A program made the position numbers and the translations under genes. Below, one piece after another: positions 41,434-52,000 of a stretch of DNA of 64,000 bases. Source of the DNA: Sedimenticolaceae bacterium (GTDB taxonomy: Bacteria > Pseudomonadota > Gammaproteobacteria > Chromatiales > Chromatiaceae); contig JBNKEE010000046.1 of the NCBI GenBank assembly GCA_050288625.1, positions 5,145-69,144 of the forward strand, written 5' to 3'. Numbering within the stretch: the stretch's first letter is position 1; every line of letters starts with the position of its first letter. The notes under the pieces are model-generated. The model worked only from the letters and a program-made list of their open reading frames with translations, was not told the origin of the DNA and did no database searches.

Positions 41434-42102
41434 ATGAAAAAGGCAGTGGTCCTGCTTTCCGGTGGCCTGGATTCTGCTACAACCCTGGCTATTGCCAGAG
41501 AGCAGGGGTATGAGTGCTATGCCCTTAGCTTGAGCTATGGCCAGCGGCACTCCGCTGAGTTGCTGGCGGCCGATCGAGTCGCAAACTCAATTGGGGTGGT
41601 GGAACATCGAACCATACCCATAGCCCTGGATGCCTTTGGCGGATCGGCCTTAACCGACAGGTCGATAGCTGTCCCTGAAGAGATGGGCAGCGGTATACCG
41701 ATAACATATGTTCCGGCGCGCAACACCATCTTTCTGTCATTGGCCCTAGGCTGGGCCGAGGTCCTAGGTGCCGAAGATATCTTCATCGGAGTGAATGCGG
41801 TGGACTATTCAGGTTATCCCGATTGTCGTCCAGAGTTTCTGCAGGCCTATGAGGCAATGGCCAACCTGGCCACCAAGGCCGGGGTTGAGGGTAAGGGGTG
41901 TGAGATTCATGCGCCGCTGGTGCATCTGACCAAGGCGGAGATTATTCAGGAGGGGATCCGTCTGGGGGTGGACTATTCTGCCACGGTCTCCTGCTATCAG
42001 GCCGACAGTGCAGGCAGGGCCTGCGGCGTATGTGATTCCTGTCGTCTACGATCCCAGGGGTTTAAAGATGCCGGGGTGCCTGATCCGACACCATATAAAT
42101 AA
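41434..42102 (+). CDS. queC: 7-cyano-7-deazaguanine synthase
   Basis: 222 aa. PP-loop [10 protein letters not shown] and a C-terminal zinc Cys cluster (SCYQ..., CGVCDSC). Confidence 0.93.
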   Translation: MKKAVVLLSGGLDSATTLAIAREQGYECYALSLSYGQRHSAELLAADRVANSIGVVEHRTIPIALDAFGGSALTDRSIAVPEEMGSGIPITYVPARNTIFLSLALGWAEVLGAEDIFIGVNAVDYSGYPDCRPEFLQAYEAMANLATKAGVEGKGCEIHAPLVHLTKAEIIQEGIRLGVDYSATVSCYQADSAGRACGVCDSCRLRSQGFKDAGVPDPTPYK

Positions 42103-42221
42103 CGCTGTTCCCACCCTATAAATATCTGACTAGTTAATTTGATATCTTCTGCGCTACCATAAATCAAAAGAGGTTCAGTAAGAACCCGTCGACAACGAAG
42201 ATAGATATACCGGAGGAGGGT

Positions 42222-43430
42222 ATGGACTTGGAGATTACTACACAGGTAGTACTGCTTGGCGCTGCCTTGGGCACGGCCTTGGGGGCAGTGGCTAACGGTA
42301 CCAACTTTTGCACCATGGGTGCAGTTTCCGACTGGGTCAATATGGGCGACATGCGTCGGCTTAGATCATGGTTTCTGGCCGTTGCCATCGCTATCATCGG
42401 CGTTAGCTGGTTCGAGTCGGCTTCCTTGATAGAGATGGCAGGGTTGCGCGTACCATACCGCAACAGTATGTTTTTCTGGCCAAGATACATCCTGGGTGGT
42501 TTGATGTTTGGTATTGGCATGACCCTGGCGTCAGGTTGTGCCAACAAAAATCTGATCCGCATTGGCGGTGGCAATCTTAAGTCCATCGTTGTGTTTTTCG
42601 TGGTTGGATTGGCTGCGTATGCCATGACGCGAACCGACTTTTATGGTGTGGTATTCCATAGCTGGATGGCGCCCATAAGCCCTGATCTTGCCACTTTAGA
42701 TATACCTGATCAAAGTATCGGAACCATTTTGGGTAGTATATTTGGGTTAGATAATCCTTCTGATCTTAATCTCTATCTGGGGAGCATTCTGGCTCTTGGT
42801 TTACTGTTGATTATATTCAAAGCAAAGGATTTTCGTGGCAGCGGCGAGTTGTTGTTCGCTGGTATAAGTATTGGCGCACTCACCATGATTGGCTGGTATG
42901 TGACCGCTGGTAGTATGGGCCAGGAGTGGGTTGAGACCGCGGAGTTCATGGAGGTGCCACCGCCAGGAGTGGGCCCGCAATCTTTTACATTTGTAAATCC
43001 GATGGGTGAGACCTTGGTTTTTCTTCAGGGAGGTGCTGAGCTGAACCTGATTACATTCGGTGTAGCGACCATGTTTGGGGTGATCTTAGGCTCCTTTATA
43101 TATGCCATCGTCAGCCGTAGTTTCAGGATCGAATGGTTCGCCAGTTTCAAAGATTTTGTAAACCACATAATAGGTGCCATCCTCATGGGTATAGGAGGCG
43201 TACTTGCTATGGGCTGTACCCTCGGTCAAGGTGTTACCGGTGTTTCCACCATGGCGCTGGGATCATTTATCGTCCTGGGTACAATAATCCTGGGTAGCGC
43301 ACTGACCATGAAGGTGCAGTATTACAAACTGGTCTACGAAGAAGAGGCCAGCTTCCGTAAGGCTCTGGTCTCAGGCATGGTGGATCTGCGCCTGTTGCCC
43401 CAGGGGATGAGGAGGCTGGATGCTATCTAG
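42222..43430 (+). CDS. YeeE/YedE family sulfur-compound (thiosulfate) transporter
   Basis: 402 aa, polytopic. Three conserved Cys contexts of the family (NFCTMGAV, LASGCANKNLIR, LAMGCTLGQG). GGAGGAGGG SD upstream. Confidence 0.8.
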   Translation: MDLEITTQVVLLGAALGTALGAVANGTNFCTMGAVSDWVNMGDMRRLRSWFLAVAIAIIGVSWFESASLIEMAGLRVPYRNSMFFWPRYILGGLMFGIGMTLASGCANKNLIRIGGGNLKSIVVFFVVGLAAYAMTRTDFYGVVFHSWMAPISPDLATLDIPDQSIGTILGSIFGLDNPSDLNLYLGSILALGLLLIIFKAKDFRGSGELLFAGISIGALTMIGWYVTAGSMGQEWVETAEFMEVPPPGVGPQSFTFVNPMGETLVFLQGGAELNLITFGVATMFGVILGSFIYAIVSRSFRIEWFASFKDFVNHIIGAILMGIGGVLAMGCTLGQGVTGVSTMALGSFIVLGTIILGSALTMKVQYYKLVYEEEASFRKALVSGMVDLRLLPQGMRRLDAI

Positions 43431-43471
43431 GGCCTGCTACACTCTAGGGGTATTCGTGGGGTAATACTGCT

Positions 43472-43499
43472 TTGACAGTGGGGAATCGTCCGGTATAAT
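43472..43499 (+). promoter_or_regulatory. near-consensus sigma70 promoter for tRNA-Lys
   Basis: TTGACA (43472-43477), 16-nt spacer, TATAAT (43494-43499), then a GC-rich discriminator CACGCGC. The tRNA starts at 43518. Confidence 0.6.
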
Positions 43500-43517
43500 C
43501 ACGCGCTTTGATCCATC

Positions 43518-43593
43518 GGGTCGTTAGCTCAGTCGGTAGAGCAGTGGATTTTTAATCCATTGGTCATAGGTTCGATTCCTATACGACCCACCA
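43518..43593 (+). tRNA. tRNA-Lys (anticodon UUU)
   Basis: 76 nt cloverleaf folded by hand. Acceptor GGGTCGT/ACGACCC, D-arm GCTC-AGTCGGTA-GAGC, anticodon stem GTGGA/TCCAT with loop TTTTTAA (TTT at positions 34-36), T-arm ATAGG-TTCGATT-CCTAT, and an encoded CCA. Confidence 0.95.
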
Positions 43594-43603
43594 TATAAAA
43601 CAA

Positions 43604-43635
43604 GGGGTTAGCGTAATGCTAGCCCCTTTTCTTTT
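43604..43635 (+). terminator. rho-independent terminator after tRNA-Lys
   Basis: 9-bp stem GGGGTTAGC/GCTAGCCCC (one G-U pair), loop GTAAT, followed by TTTTCTTTT. Confidence 0.75.
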
Positions 43636-44241
43636 GATCTCCTGTCAGACTTACCCATAACCGAGAAGCCGTCTTAGGATTTTAAGGTTTAAATCTTTAG
43701 AATAGTTGTGTATGATTTTCTGCTAAATCGGGGTGGTGGCGCAGAATAATAAGAGAACAACGTTAGCAATCTTGGCTATATCTGCATAGCTGTTTATTGC
43801 AAAAGGACCGTTCCAATGTTTCTATCACACAAATTTACTATCGAATCCATTACCATTGTTACAGCAGTGGCCATTCTGGCACTGGTATTTGGCGGTATGC
43901 TGGGAGATCGGGCCGGGTCAGAGAGCGGGAAACAGCTTTCGCTCAAACAGGGTGTGGAACAGTCCCAAGGGACAACTGCTGGAACGATACAGGCGAACAA
44001 ATAAAAATAAGAGCATCGCCTGTTTTTCTACCTTATCTGCTGCTGTATCAAGCCTTAGCGTTCCCACGTTCGGGCGGGTGAGTGTGCGTAACCTTGGCCA
44101 GAAGTTGTTTCTGTTACATTTTGTTACATAAATGTCCTGGCGATGTGGGTAATAATAACTGTAAACTATGTTGCCTCGATGTGGCGTAATAGAGTTCTTC
44201 CAAGATACGCATCAAATCAGTAGTTGATTAGGAAGTTGCAC

Positions 44242-45396
44242 ATGAAGTTATTGCATTTTCGTTTCTTGTTGATCTGCACACCATTTGTATTCATTGCCGC
44301 CTGTGGTGAATCATCTCAACCGAATACTGCAGCACAAGCACAAAGACCGCCTCCAGAGGTAACGGTGATCAAGGCCCATGCCGAGTCGGTACCGCTGACT
44401 CGTGAACTGGTGGGGCGACTGGCTTCCACCAGGATTGCGGAGGTGCGGGCGCGTGTGGCCGGCATTATCCTGGAGCGTAGCTATAAAGAGGGTACAGATG
44501 TTAAAGCTGGACAGACCCTGTTTCAGATTGATCCGGCTCCTTTGAGTGCGGAACTGCATGTGCAGGAGGCGACACTGGCCAAGGCCAGGGCGGACGCCGC
44601 CAATGCAGCCTCGATCGCAAAACGTTATCGTGAACTGGCGGCCAAGAAACTACTCTCAACTCAGGAGAGGGATACAGCCTTGGCTAACGAGCGCACTACC
44701 GCTGCCGCTGTTAAGCAGGCCAAGGCCAATGTGGAGAAGGCACGGCTGGATCTGGGCTATGCGACTGTAACGGCTCCTATCGCTGGACGCGTAGGCCGTG
44801 CCCTGGTCACCGAGGGTGCCTTGGTAGGGCAGGGCGAAGCGACCAAGCTCACCACCATTGAACAGATGGATCCGGCGTATGTGAACTTCAGTCTTTCGGT
44901 TTCGGAACTACAGCAGTTACGTGCTGAAGGAGCTAAGATGGACGGCCTGTCCGGCAGAGGTAAGCAACTGCCGGTGACAGTGATACTATCGAATGGTAGC
45001 GACTATCCGCATACAGGAACCCTCGACTTTTCTGACTCTGTGGCCGATCCAGGTACTGGCACCATTTCCTTGCGTGCGCTTGTCCCCAATCCGGAACATC
45101 AGCTGCTTCCAGGCATGTTCGTGAACCTGCGTCTTACCTTAGGTACCCTGGAGCATGCGTTTTTGCTGCCTCAGGCCACACTGTTACGGGATGCCCATAG
45201 TGCATCTGTGTTGGTGGTGAATGGCGAGGGTAAGGTGGAATCACGTAAAGTCGTTACCCACGGCACCACCCAGGACGCCTGGATAGTAACCGGTTCCCTG
45301 AAGGAGGGAGACCTGGTGATACTGGAAGGACTGCAAAAGGTGCGTCCCGGTGGTGAGGCCAAGGCGGTTTTACTAGACGACAAGCCAAAGGGGTAG
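44242..45396 (+). CDS. RND efflux periplasmic adaptor (membrane fusion lipoprotein, AcrA/MexA-like)
   Basis: Lipobox IAAC, coiled-coil hairpin, barrel-sandwich motifs (TVTAPIAGRVG, G.FV.V.L). ATG 44242 has an AGGAAG SD; the track ORF starts at TTG 44224. Confidence 0.88.
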   Translation: MKLLHFRFLLICTPFVFIAACGESSQPNTAAQAQRPPPEVTVIKAHAESVPLTRELVGRLASTRIAEVRARVAGIILERSYKEGTDVKAGQTLFQIDPAPLSAELHVQEATLAKARADAANAASIAKRYRELAAKKLLSTQERDTALANERTTAAAVKQAKANVEKARLDLGYATVTAPIAGRVGRALVTEGALVGQGEATKLTTIEQMDPAYVNFSLSVSELQQLRAEGAKMDGLSGRGKQLPVTVILSNGSDYPHTGTLDFSDSVADPGTGTISLRALVPNPEHQLLPGMFVNLRLTLGTLEHAFLLPQATLLRDAHSASVLVVNGEGKVESRKVVTHGTTQDAWIVTGSLKEGDLVILEGLQKVRPGGEAKAVLLDDKPKG

Positions 45397-45399
45397 TAG

Positions 45400-48300
45400 A
45401 TGCCGCGTTTTTTCATCGATCGTCCTATCTTTGCCTGGGTGGTGGCGATCCTCATCACCTTGGCAGGGAGCGTGGCAATTTTTCGGTTACCGGTATCCGC
45501 CTACCCACCGATCGCTCCACCTCAGGTAGGTATAAACGCCTCCTATCCCGGGGCAAGCGCCGAGGTGGTGGAGAAGACCGTGACCTCTGTGATTGAGCAG
45601 CAATTGACCAGCGTCGATAATCTGCTCTACTTTACCTCCACATCTCGTTCTACCGGTAGTGCCCAGATCACCCTTACGTTTCAGAGTGGGACCGATCCGG
45701 ATATCGCCGCAGTTCAGGTACAGAACCGGCTTAGTGTGGCTGAGGCCCGTCTGCCTCGTGAGGTAGTGCAGAACGGCATCACCGTGGCCAAGGCCAACAA
45801 CGACTTTTTGATGGTGGTGGCCCTCAAGTCCACCGATCCCAATTTTGATACCTATGCCCTGAATAACCTGATCGCGTCACAGGTGTTGGATCCGATTCAG
45901 CGCCTGCCCGGTGTGGGTAACGCCAGATTGTTCGGTGCCGCCTACGCCATGCGTATCTGGCTCAATCCGGACAAGCTACGTGGCTATGGCCTTAGTGCAG
46001 CCGACGCGCTGAACGCGATTCGCAACCAGAACGTGCAGATCGCCGCCGGTAATATAGGTGCGGAACCGGCCGTGCCCGGTCAGGGCTTCACTGCCTCGGT
46101 GACCGCAGCCAGCCGCTTCACCGACCCGCAAGAATTCGCCCGTATAATTCTGCGCACCAATGCAGATGGCAGCACGGTACGTCTGCAGGATGTGGCGCGC
46201 ATTGCCCTCGGGGCCGAATCCTATGGACATGACGTACATGTAAACGGAGAGCCGATAGCCGGTTTCGCCATCATGCTGGCTCCTCAGGCCAATGCCCTGC
46301 AGACTGCGGAGGCGATACGAAGCAAGATGGAGCAGGTGCAGCAGTATTTTCCGGCCGGGGTGAGCTGGTTCGTACCCTATGACAGCACCCAGTTTATAAC
46401 CATATCAATCGACGAGGTGGTCTACACTCTGATAGAGGCGGTGGTGTTGGTATTCCTGGTGATCCTGCTGTTCCTGCAGAACCTGCGCGCAACCATCATC
46501 CCCACTCTGGTGGTGCCGGTGGCGCTTACCAGTGCCTTTGCCGGCATGTATCTGGTCGGATTCTCCATCAATGTATTGAGCATGTTCGCACTGGTGCTGG
46601 CCATAGGCCTGGTGGTGGATGACGCCATCGTAGTGGTGGAGAACGTGGAGCGCATCATGACCGAGGAAGGTCTGCCTCCTAAGGAGGCGGCACGCAAGGC
46701 CATGGATCAGATCACCGGCGCGGTCATCGCTATGACAACGGTGTTGGCGGCGGTGTTTATCCCTATGGCATTGGTGAGCGGAAGTGTGGGAGCCATATAT
46801 CGCCAGTTCGCCCTGACTATCGCCATATCTATGGTGATCTCGGCGATCATGGCCTTGAGTTTCACCCCGGCGCTGTGTGCTACCATCCTCAAGCCCCAGC
46901 ATGGGGAGCCGAATATCCTGCTGCGCGGTTTCAATAAGTTCTATCAACTGGGTAACGACTTCTATCTGCAACGGGTGGCCCAGGCCATTCGCCACACCCC
47001 GCGCTGGATGATGGCCTTTATTGCGCTGGTGGTGGTTACGGCATTCCTGTACATACGTCTGCCCAGCAGCTTCCTGCCTGAGGAAGACAAGGGCTACGCC
47101 CTGGCCCTGATCCAGCTGCCGCCCGGCGCCAGCATGGAGCGCACCGGCAAGGTACTGAGTCAAGCGGAGGGGATCATTCGACAGCATAAGGCGGTGGATA
47201 AGGTGGTGACCGTGGGAGGGTTCAGCTTTATCGGTCAGGGCGAAAACGTAGGTCTCGGCTTTATCCGCCTGCATGACTGGAGTCAGCGTAAGACGCCGGA
47301 TCAGCAGATCAAGGCCTTTATCGGCTGGGCCAACGGTGCCCTTCAGAGTATCAAAGGGGCACGCATATTCGTGGTAAATCTACCCACTATTCGCGGTCTT
47401 GGACGTTTTGGCGGTTTCGATCTGCGCCTGGAAGACCGGGCCGGACTTGGCCATGATGAGTTGGTCAAGGCGCGCAATATGTTGTTGGGCGCAGCAGCCA
47501 AGCAACCCACTCTGATGGGGGTGCGCCCGAATCAGCTAGAGGACGCCCCGGAACTGCAACTGCACGTAGATAGGGTGCAGGCCCAGTCCATGGGACTGAA
47601 GCTGACGGATATATACGACGCCATTCGTCTGATGTTGGCGCCGGTCTACGCCAACGATTTTAATTTTCAGGGACGGGTCTTGAAGGTGTTGGTGCAGGCC
47701 GATGCCGCCTTTCGCAGCCGTCCGGAAGACCTTTCCCGCTACTATATTCCGTCGAATGATGGCGGTGTGGATGAGATGGTGCCACTGAGCAGCGTAGTCA
47801 ACTCAAGTTGGCACACGGCGCCACCGGCAATCGACCACTATAACGGTTTTCCATCAATCCAGATCAACGGCGGGGCGGCGCCCGGGAGCAGTTCAGGGCA
47901 GGCAATGGACACCATGGCGCAGATCGTGAGCAATGAGCTGCCCAACGGCATAGGCTTTGAGTGGTCCGGTCAGTCGTTCCAGGAGATACTGTCGGGACAG
48001 CAGACCCCTATCCTGTTCTCACTCTCTCTTCTGGTGGTGTTCCTGGCTCTGGCGGCGCTGTATGAGAGTTGGTCAGTCCCGGCTGCGGTACTGATGGTGG
48101 TGCCCCTCGGGGTGCTGGGGGCGCTCAGCTTTACCTGGCTGCGTGGTCTGGAGGATGACGTATTCTTCAAGGTGGGCATGATCGCGGTCATTGGCCTCTC
48201 GGCCAAGAACGCCATACTTATCATCGAGTTCGCCAACACCATGCGTCGCGAAGGACGCGATCTGCTTGATGCGACCATGGAGGCATGCCGGCTACGTCTG

Positions 48301-48498
48301 CGCCCCATCCTTATGACCTCTATAGCCTTTATCTTCGGCGTCATGCCGCTAGCCCTTTCCACCGGTGCTGGCGCCAACAGCCGCCATGCCATCGGAACTG
48401 GTGTGATGGGGGGAATGACGGGCGCCACGGTGCTTGGAGTACTGTTCGTGCCAATATTCTTCGTGGTGGTGCGGCGCCTGATCGGCGATCGGACCTAG
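45400..48498 (+). CDS. RND multidrug efflux permease (AcrB/MexB-like, HAE1)
   Basis: 1032 aa. MPRFFIDRPIFAWV start, 12-TM/two-loop architecture, conserved TM4 VVDDAIVVVEN. Confidence 0.95.
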   Translation: MPRFFIDRPIFAWVVAILITLAGSVAIFRLPVSAYPPIAPPQVGINASYPGASAEVVEKTVTSVIEQQLTSVDNLLYFTSTSRSTGSAQITLTFQSGTDPDIAAVQVQNRLSVAEARLPREVVQNGITVAKANNDFLMVVALKSTDPNFDTYALNNLIASQVLDPIQRLPGVGNARLFGAAYAMRIWLNPDKLRGYGLSAADALNAIRNQNVQIAAGNIGAEPAVPGQGFTASVTAASRFTDPQEFARIILRTNADGSTVRLQDVARIALGAESYGHDVHVNGEPIAGFAIMLAPQANALQTAEAIRSKMEQVQQYFPAGVSWFVPYDSTQFITISIDEVVYTLIEAVVLVFLVILLFLQNLRATIIPTLVVPVALTSAFAGMYLVGFSINVLSMFALVLAIGLVVDDAIVVVENVERIMTEEGLPPKEAARKAMDQITGAVIAMTTVLAAVFIPMALVSGSVGAIYRQFALTIAISMVISAIMALSFTPALCATILKPQHGEPNILLRGFNKFYQLGNDFYLQRVAQAIRHTPRWMMAFIALVVVTAFLYIRLPSSFLPEEDKGYALALIQLPPGASMERTGKVLSQAEGIIRQHKAVDKVVTVGGFSFIGQGENVGLGFIRLHDWSQRKTPDQQIKAFIGWANGALQSIKGARIFVVNLPTIRGLGRFGGFDLRLEDRAGLGHDELVKARNMLLGAAAKQPTLMGVRPNQLEDAPELQLHVDRVQAQSMGLKLTDIYDAIRLMLAPVYANDFNFQGRVLKVLVQADAAFRSRPEDLSRYYIPSNDGGVDEMVPLSSVVNSSWHTAPPAIDHYNGFPSIQINGGAAPGSSSGQAMDTMAQIVSNELPNGIGFEWSGQSFQEILSGQQTPILFSLSLLVVFLALAALYESWSVPAAVLMVVPLGVLGALSFTWLRGLEDDVFFKVGMIAVIGLSAKNAILIIEFANTMRREGRDLLDATMEACRLRLRPILMTSIAFIFGVMPLALSTGAGANSRHAIGTGVMGGMTGATVLGVLFVPIFFVVVRRLIGDRT

Positions 48499-48571
48499 GA
48501 GCGATAGCACTACTTGATGTTGCGTGCCATCTAATTGATGCATATCATGTTTCACACAACCAAAGACTTTA

Positions 48572-48973
48572 TTGATTAAAGGTGACACCACTGTGAGAGC
48601 TATACTATTGATCCTTGTTGTACTTTCCACATCCGTTCAGGCAGAGAGTATAACGCCCAAGGTTTGGGGCTATGGGACCAAGAGCTGCAAAGATTATATC
48701 GGAGCCTATAAGGCCAAGGAGACAGGAAAGCAGGAGCAGGTATGGGAGTACTTCCGTTATCGTGACTGGCTTACCGGTTTCATCAGTGGGCTCACCATGG
48801 CTACTGGTATGGATGTAATGCAAGGGGTAGATCCTCAGAGCTCCATGCGCAGGATCAAGCTTATCTGTGAAGAAGACCTAGGAAACGATTTTTTTACTGC
48901 CACCATGGAGTTCATTCGAGTCATCGGGACAAATAAGTTGCCGGATAAGGATGGCAGTAGTGGTTCTGAATGA
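48572..48973 (+). CDS. hypothetical secreted protein
   Basis: 133 aa. Signal peptide (ILLILVVLSTSVQAES), probably starting at GTG 48593. Two Cys. No family recognised. Confidence 0.5.
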   Translation: MIKGDTTVRAILLILVVLSTSVQAESITPKVWGYGTKSCKDYIGAYKAKETGKQEQVWEYFRYRDWLTGFISGLTMATGMDVMQGVDPQSSMRRIKLICEEDLGNDFFTATMEFIRVIGTNKLPDKDGSSGSE

Positions 48974-48976
48974 TAC

Positions 48977-49005
48977 AAAAACCCGCCTTGAACAGGCGGG
49001 TTTTT
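48977..49005. terminator. bidirectional rho-independent terminator between convergent genes
   Basis: AAAAACCCGCC-ttgaaca-GGCGGGTTTTT: a GC-rich 7-bp stem flanked by an A-run and a T-run, so it can terminate either strand. Confidence 0.75.
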
Positions 49006-49055
49006 GTTGTCTATCTTGGAAGATTTTTGCTCCGTTGCGTGGTAATGGCGCAGGA

Positions 49056-52000
49056 TCAATACGAGTTCGCGGTTGCTAACTCACCTTCATAGGAGTTGTC
49101 AGACCACCTTTCGTCGTCGACCCCGGTATCCGCAGCCGCTCGATAGTAACGCTCCGGCCCCATGGTTTTGAGTAGTGCCAGGGTAAGCAATTCCTGGTTG
49201 ACGTCGCCGTCGGCGGAGAACAGGTGCTGTACCCGTCCCTGTTTTCCGCTGGCGTGTTGCAGCGCAGGGGTAAGTGCCTCGCCCATGGAAGATACCATGC
49301 AGCCGTTAGGCGCGATGTTGAATACTATATCGGTGCCGTGGCGCAGCTCCGTCATAACCTCACCAACGTATGGACTGATCTCACCCAAAGGACGCAGTGT
49401 CGGCAGGATCTTGCGCGCTTTGTGTGTGGCGGTGGTGGTTGATACCGGCAGTGGCACTCCTGCCGCCCGGTACAACGGGCGTGCAACAAGAGTGCGCATT
49501 GAGAACTGCAGCATGCGTGTTGCAAGGATTCTGGATTGAATCGTTTTAACCTGTGTGACGTCATGATCTGGCGTGGCATACAGGCGCTTCAATTCTTCGT
49601 TGTGCGTCTCAATCTCCTCTTCGCATAGCCATTCCATATAGCTCCATGTCGGGGTAAAGGCCAGGTTGAAGCGACGGAATCCAAGATTAGCCAACAGCAG
49701 GCGGAAGATATCCTCGCACTGGGCTACGCGCATGTAGGCCTCGCCGGTCATAGCGATATTTAGAGCATCGCTGCGTGGCGGGCGGCCATGAATCCAGGTC
49801 TTAGCAAAGCGATGCAGGGGTTTGGCGATGTCTCTACCATGCAGGCGGTAGGCGAAATATTTCACCGCTGGACCCAGATAGCTTACTGTACCGACCCGGT
49901 CGAGCAACTTGCGCATTAATTTCCCCGGTCCTTTGAAGGCTTCCAGGGCCGCGAACAGCTCACGTTTGAGTAGACGATAATCGGCTAGAAAGCGTTTGTA
50001 TTCCGCAAAGTCACGGCAAGCCACGCCCCCGGTGAACAGCAGGCTGTGCAGTACCCCCTCCAGGACCAGGGCCTGATGGGCGCGCGCCAATACCCACTCA
50101 TCTATACCTATGTTGTAGCCTTCCGACTCCTGACCAACCAGGAATTTGAGCACGCCTTGTCCAGGTAGCGCACTGCACGATGTATCACTGGTGTGTTTGC
50201 CGTAATAGAGGAGCTGATGCACATGCATATATTGCCCCTGGCGACAGGGTCCAGTGCCCTTGTTATCGAAATAGAGCAGACGCTTTTTATCCACGAACTG
50301 CGGATCACCGGAATCGCGACGGTTGTGGAAGGCCTCTACCGCGCGTTCCAGATCGGCGTAGACACCGGCCAGCGGGGCACAGATGGCATCGCCGGTCGAG
50401 CGGCGCCCCTGCTTGATCAACTGTTCAAGATCATGATCCTCGTGGTAGGTGTCGAGACAGGTGAAACCAGCGCCGCGTAACACGGCGGTTAGCATGCGGT
50501 TGTCGGACATGGTCGGGAAGCAGATCACATCGCTGTCCGGATTGATAGGGCCGGATTGACTGATCTCGTCCAGGGTACGGATATCGAACTGTTTCCCACC
50601 ATTGATATGTAGCCGTTCGTGTAGTCCGAGATCAAGCTGTTTGACGTAGGTGTTCACTCGGTTCTCCAAGTGGGCCAGTTCTTTGATAACCGCGTCCGAT
50701 TGAATCAATAAGAACGGTCGCTGTTTCATGATCTCGGCGATCAACGGTTGGATGGTGCTGTCTGGTCCGCAACTGAAGGTGGAGATCTGTATCACCGGCA
50801 GCAGGTCAGGTCCGGACTCGATGCGTCGGAACAATTCGCTCAAGCGCGGATGGTGCAGGCGTTTGTGCAAAGCGCGTTGCGATACCGCATCGAGGATGGT
50901 CACGATGGCGTGCGGGTTGCGCCAGTAAATGTGTTCATACTCTGCATTGAGTTCAAGATCCAGCAGATATGAAGGCAACGCCACCATGCGTTTATCGCGC
51001 AGGAGTCGACGCACGTGACTGTCATATATCCCGGGATTAAGGATGTACTCACGTCCAACCACCAGCGCCACCGGTATATCTTTTTCCAGAGCTTCTTCCA
51101 TCAGGTCGGCAGCAAAATCTGCGGTTTGGGCACGTAATTCCAGATGGTCATCGATGGCACCGGAGATTGCGTCCAGCAGACTATTCCGGTCGGGATGGAT
51201 TCCATAATGCCTAAACAGCGGTGTTAGGCGATCCCACAGTTGACTGTATATGGTTTCGCTGTCGAGTTCGCTCAGGTCAAGATTGAAAAGGTGTAGACGC
51301 GCATCCGCATGGTCCATGCGTGCCAGATTCATGGCCACCGCCACGCCACCCTGGTTCAGGGTGCAGGTGCGTCCCATACTCTTGCCTGCAGTAGGGAGAA
51401 ATTCGATCTGTGGCGCCAAAATCATCCCGTGCGGCTGTGCTGCCAGGCGGCGGTAGTGTCCGACTGCGCCCATGTGCGGTGCACAGGAGTCCACGTTGAA
51501 CAGCGGTTGCGCCGCGGTCAGGTCGCTCTCCTGCACGTTGTCCACATGTACCGGCAGCCCTAGGCGTTCGAACAGACGCGCCAGCAGATAGGACCATTCG
51601 GAGACGGCGAAGCTGCGTGGGATAACTAGTCGGTCCTGCGCCTCACTGCGAGGCTGCTGCCTGTCGATGAAGTCCCATATCTCCTTATAGGTGTCGCGCA
51701 CGGTTGCGTTGGCGTCACCGCTGTTTTTCTTTTTCGCGATCAACTCATTGATGGCGCTACAGCCACCGAGGGTAAACGACAGTGGTTTGGTCTCCTTATC
51801 GTCCTGTTGGCGACAGGTCAGTTTGGTACGGTTGCAGATTGCGGCATCGTCACCGCATGCGGTGCCGCGGCACTGGATGATGCGTTTCTCAAAACTCGTT
51901 TCAAGGAATCTGGCGATGTCGATCTGCACAGCATCAAGCAGCGCACTCTGTTCCGTCGTACGTACCAGTCCGAAGCAGGCCCGATGGCCCGGGTTCGGTG

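Noticed and set aside
43518-44241. A genomic island or prophage remnant integrated at tRNA-Lys.
   Set aside because: There is no integrase gene, and I could find no second copy of the tRNA 3' end (candidate att site) downstream. The next genes form an ordinary efflux operon.
46405-47274. A 289-aa ORF antisense to the RND permease. Similar shadows occur at 55858-56472 and 56998-58182 opposite the aas fusion, at 2737-3510 opposite ftsH, at 32378-33133 opposite yebC and at 33651-34406 opposite ruvA.
   Set aside because: These are shadow ORFs in GC-rich coding DNA. The sense-strand proteins have full-length family signatures.
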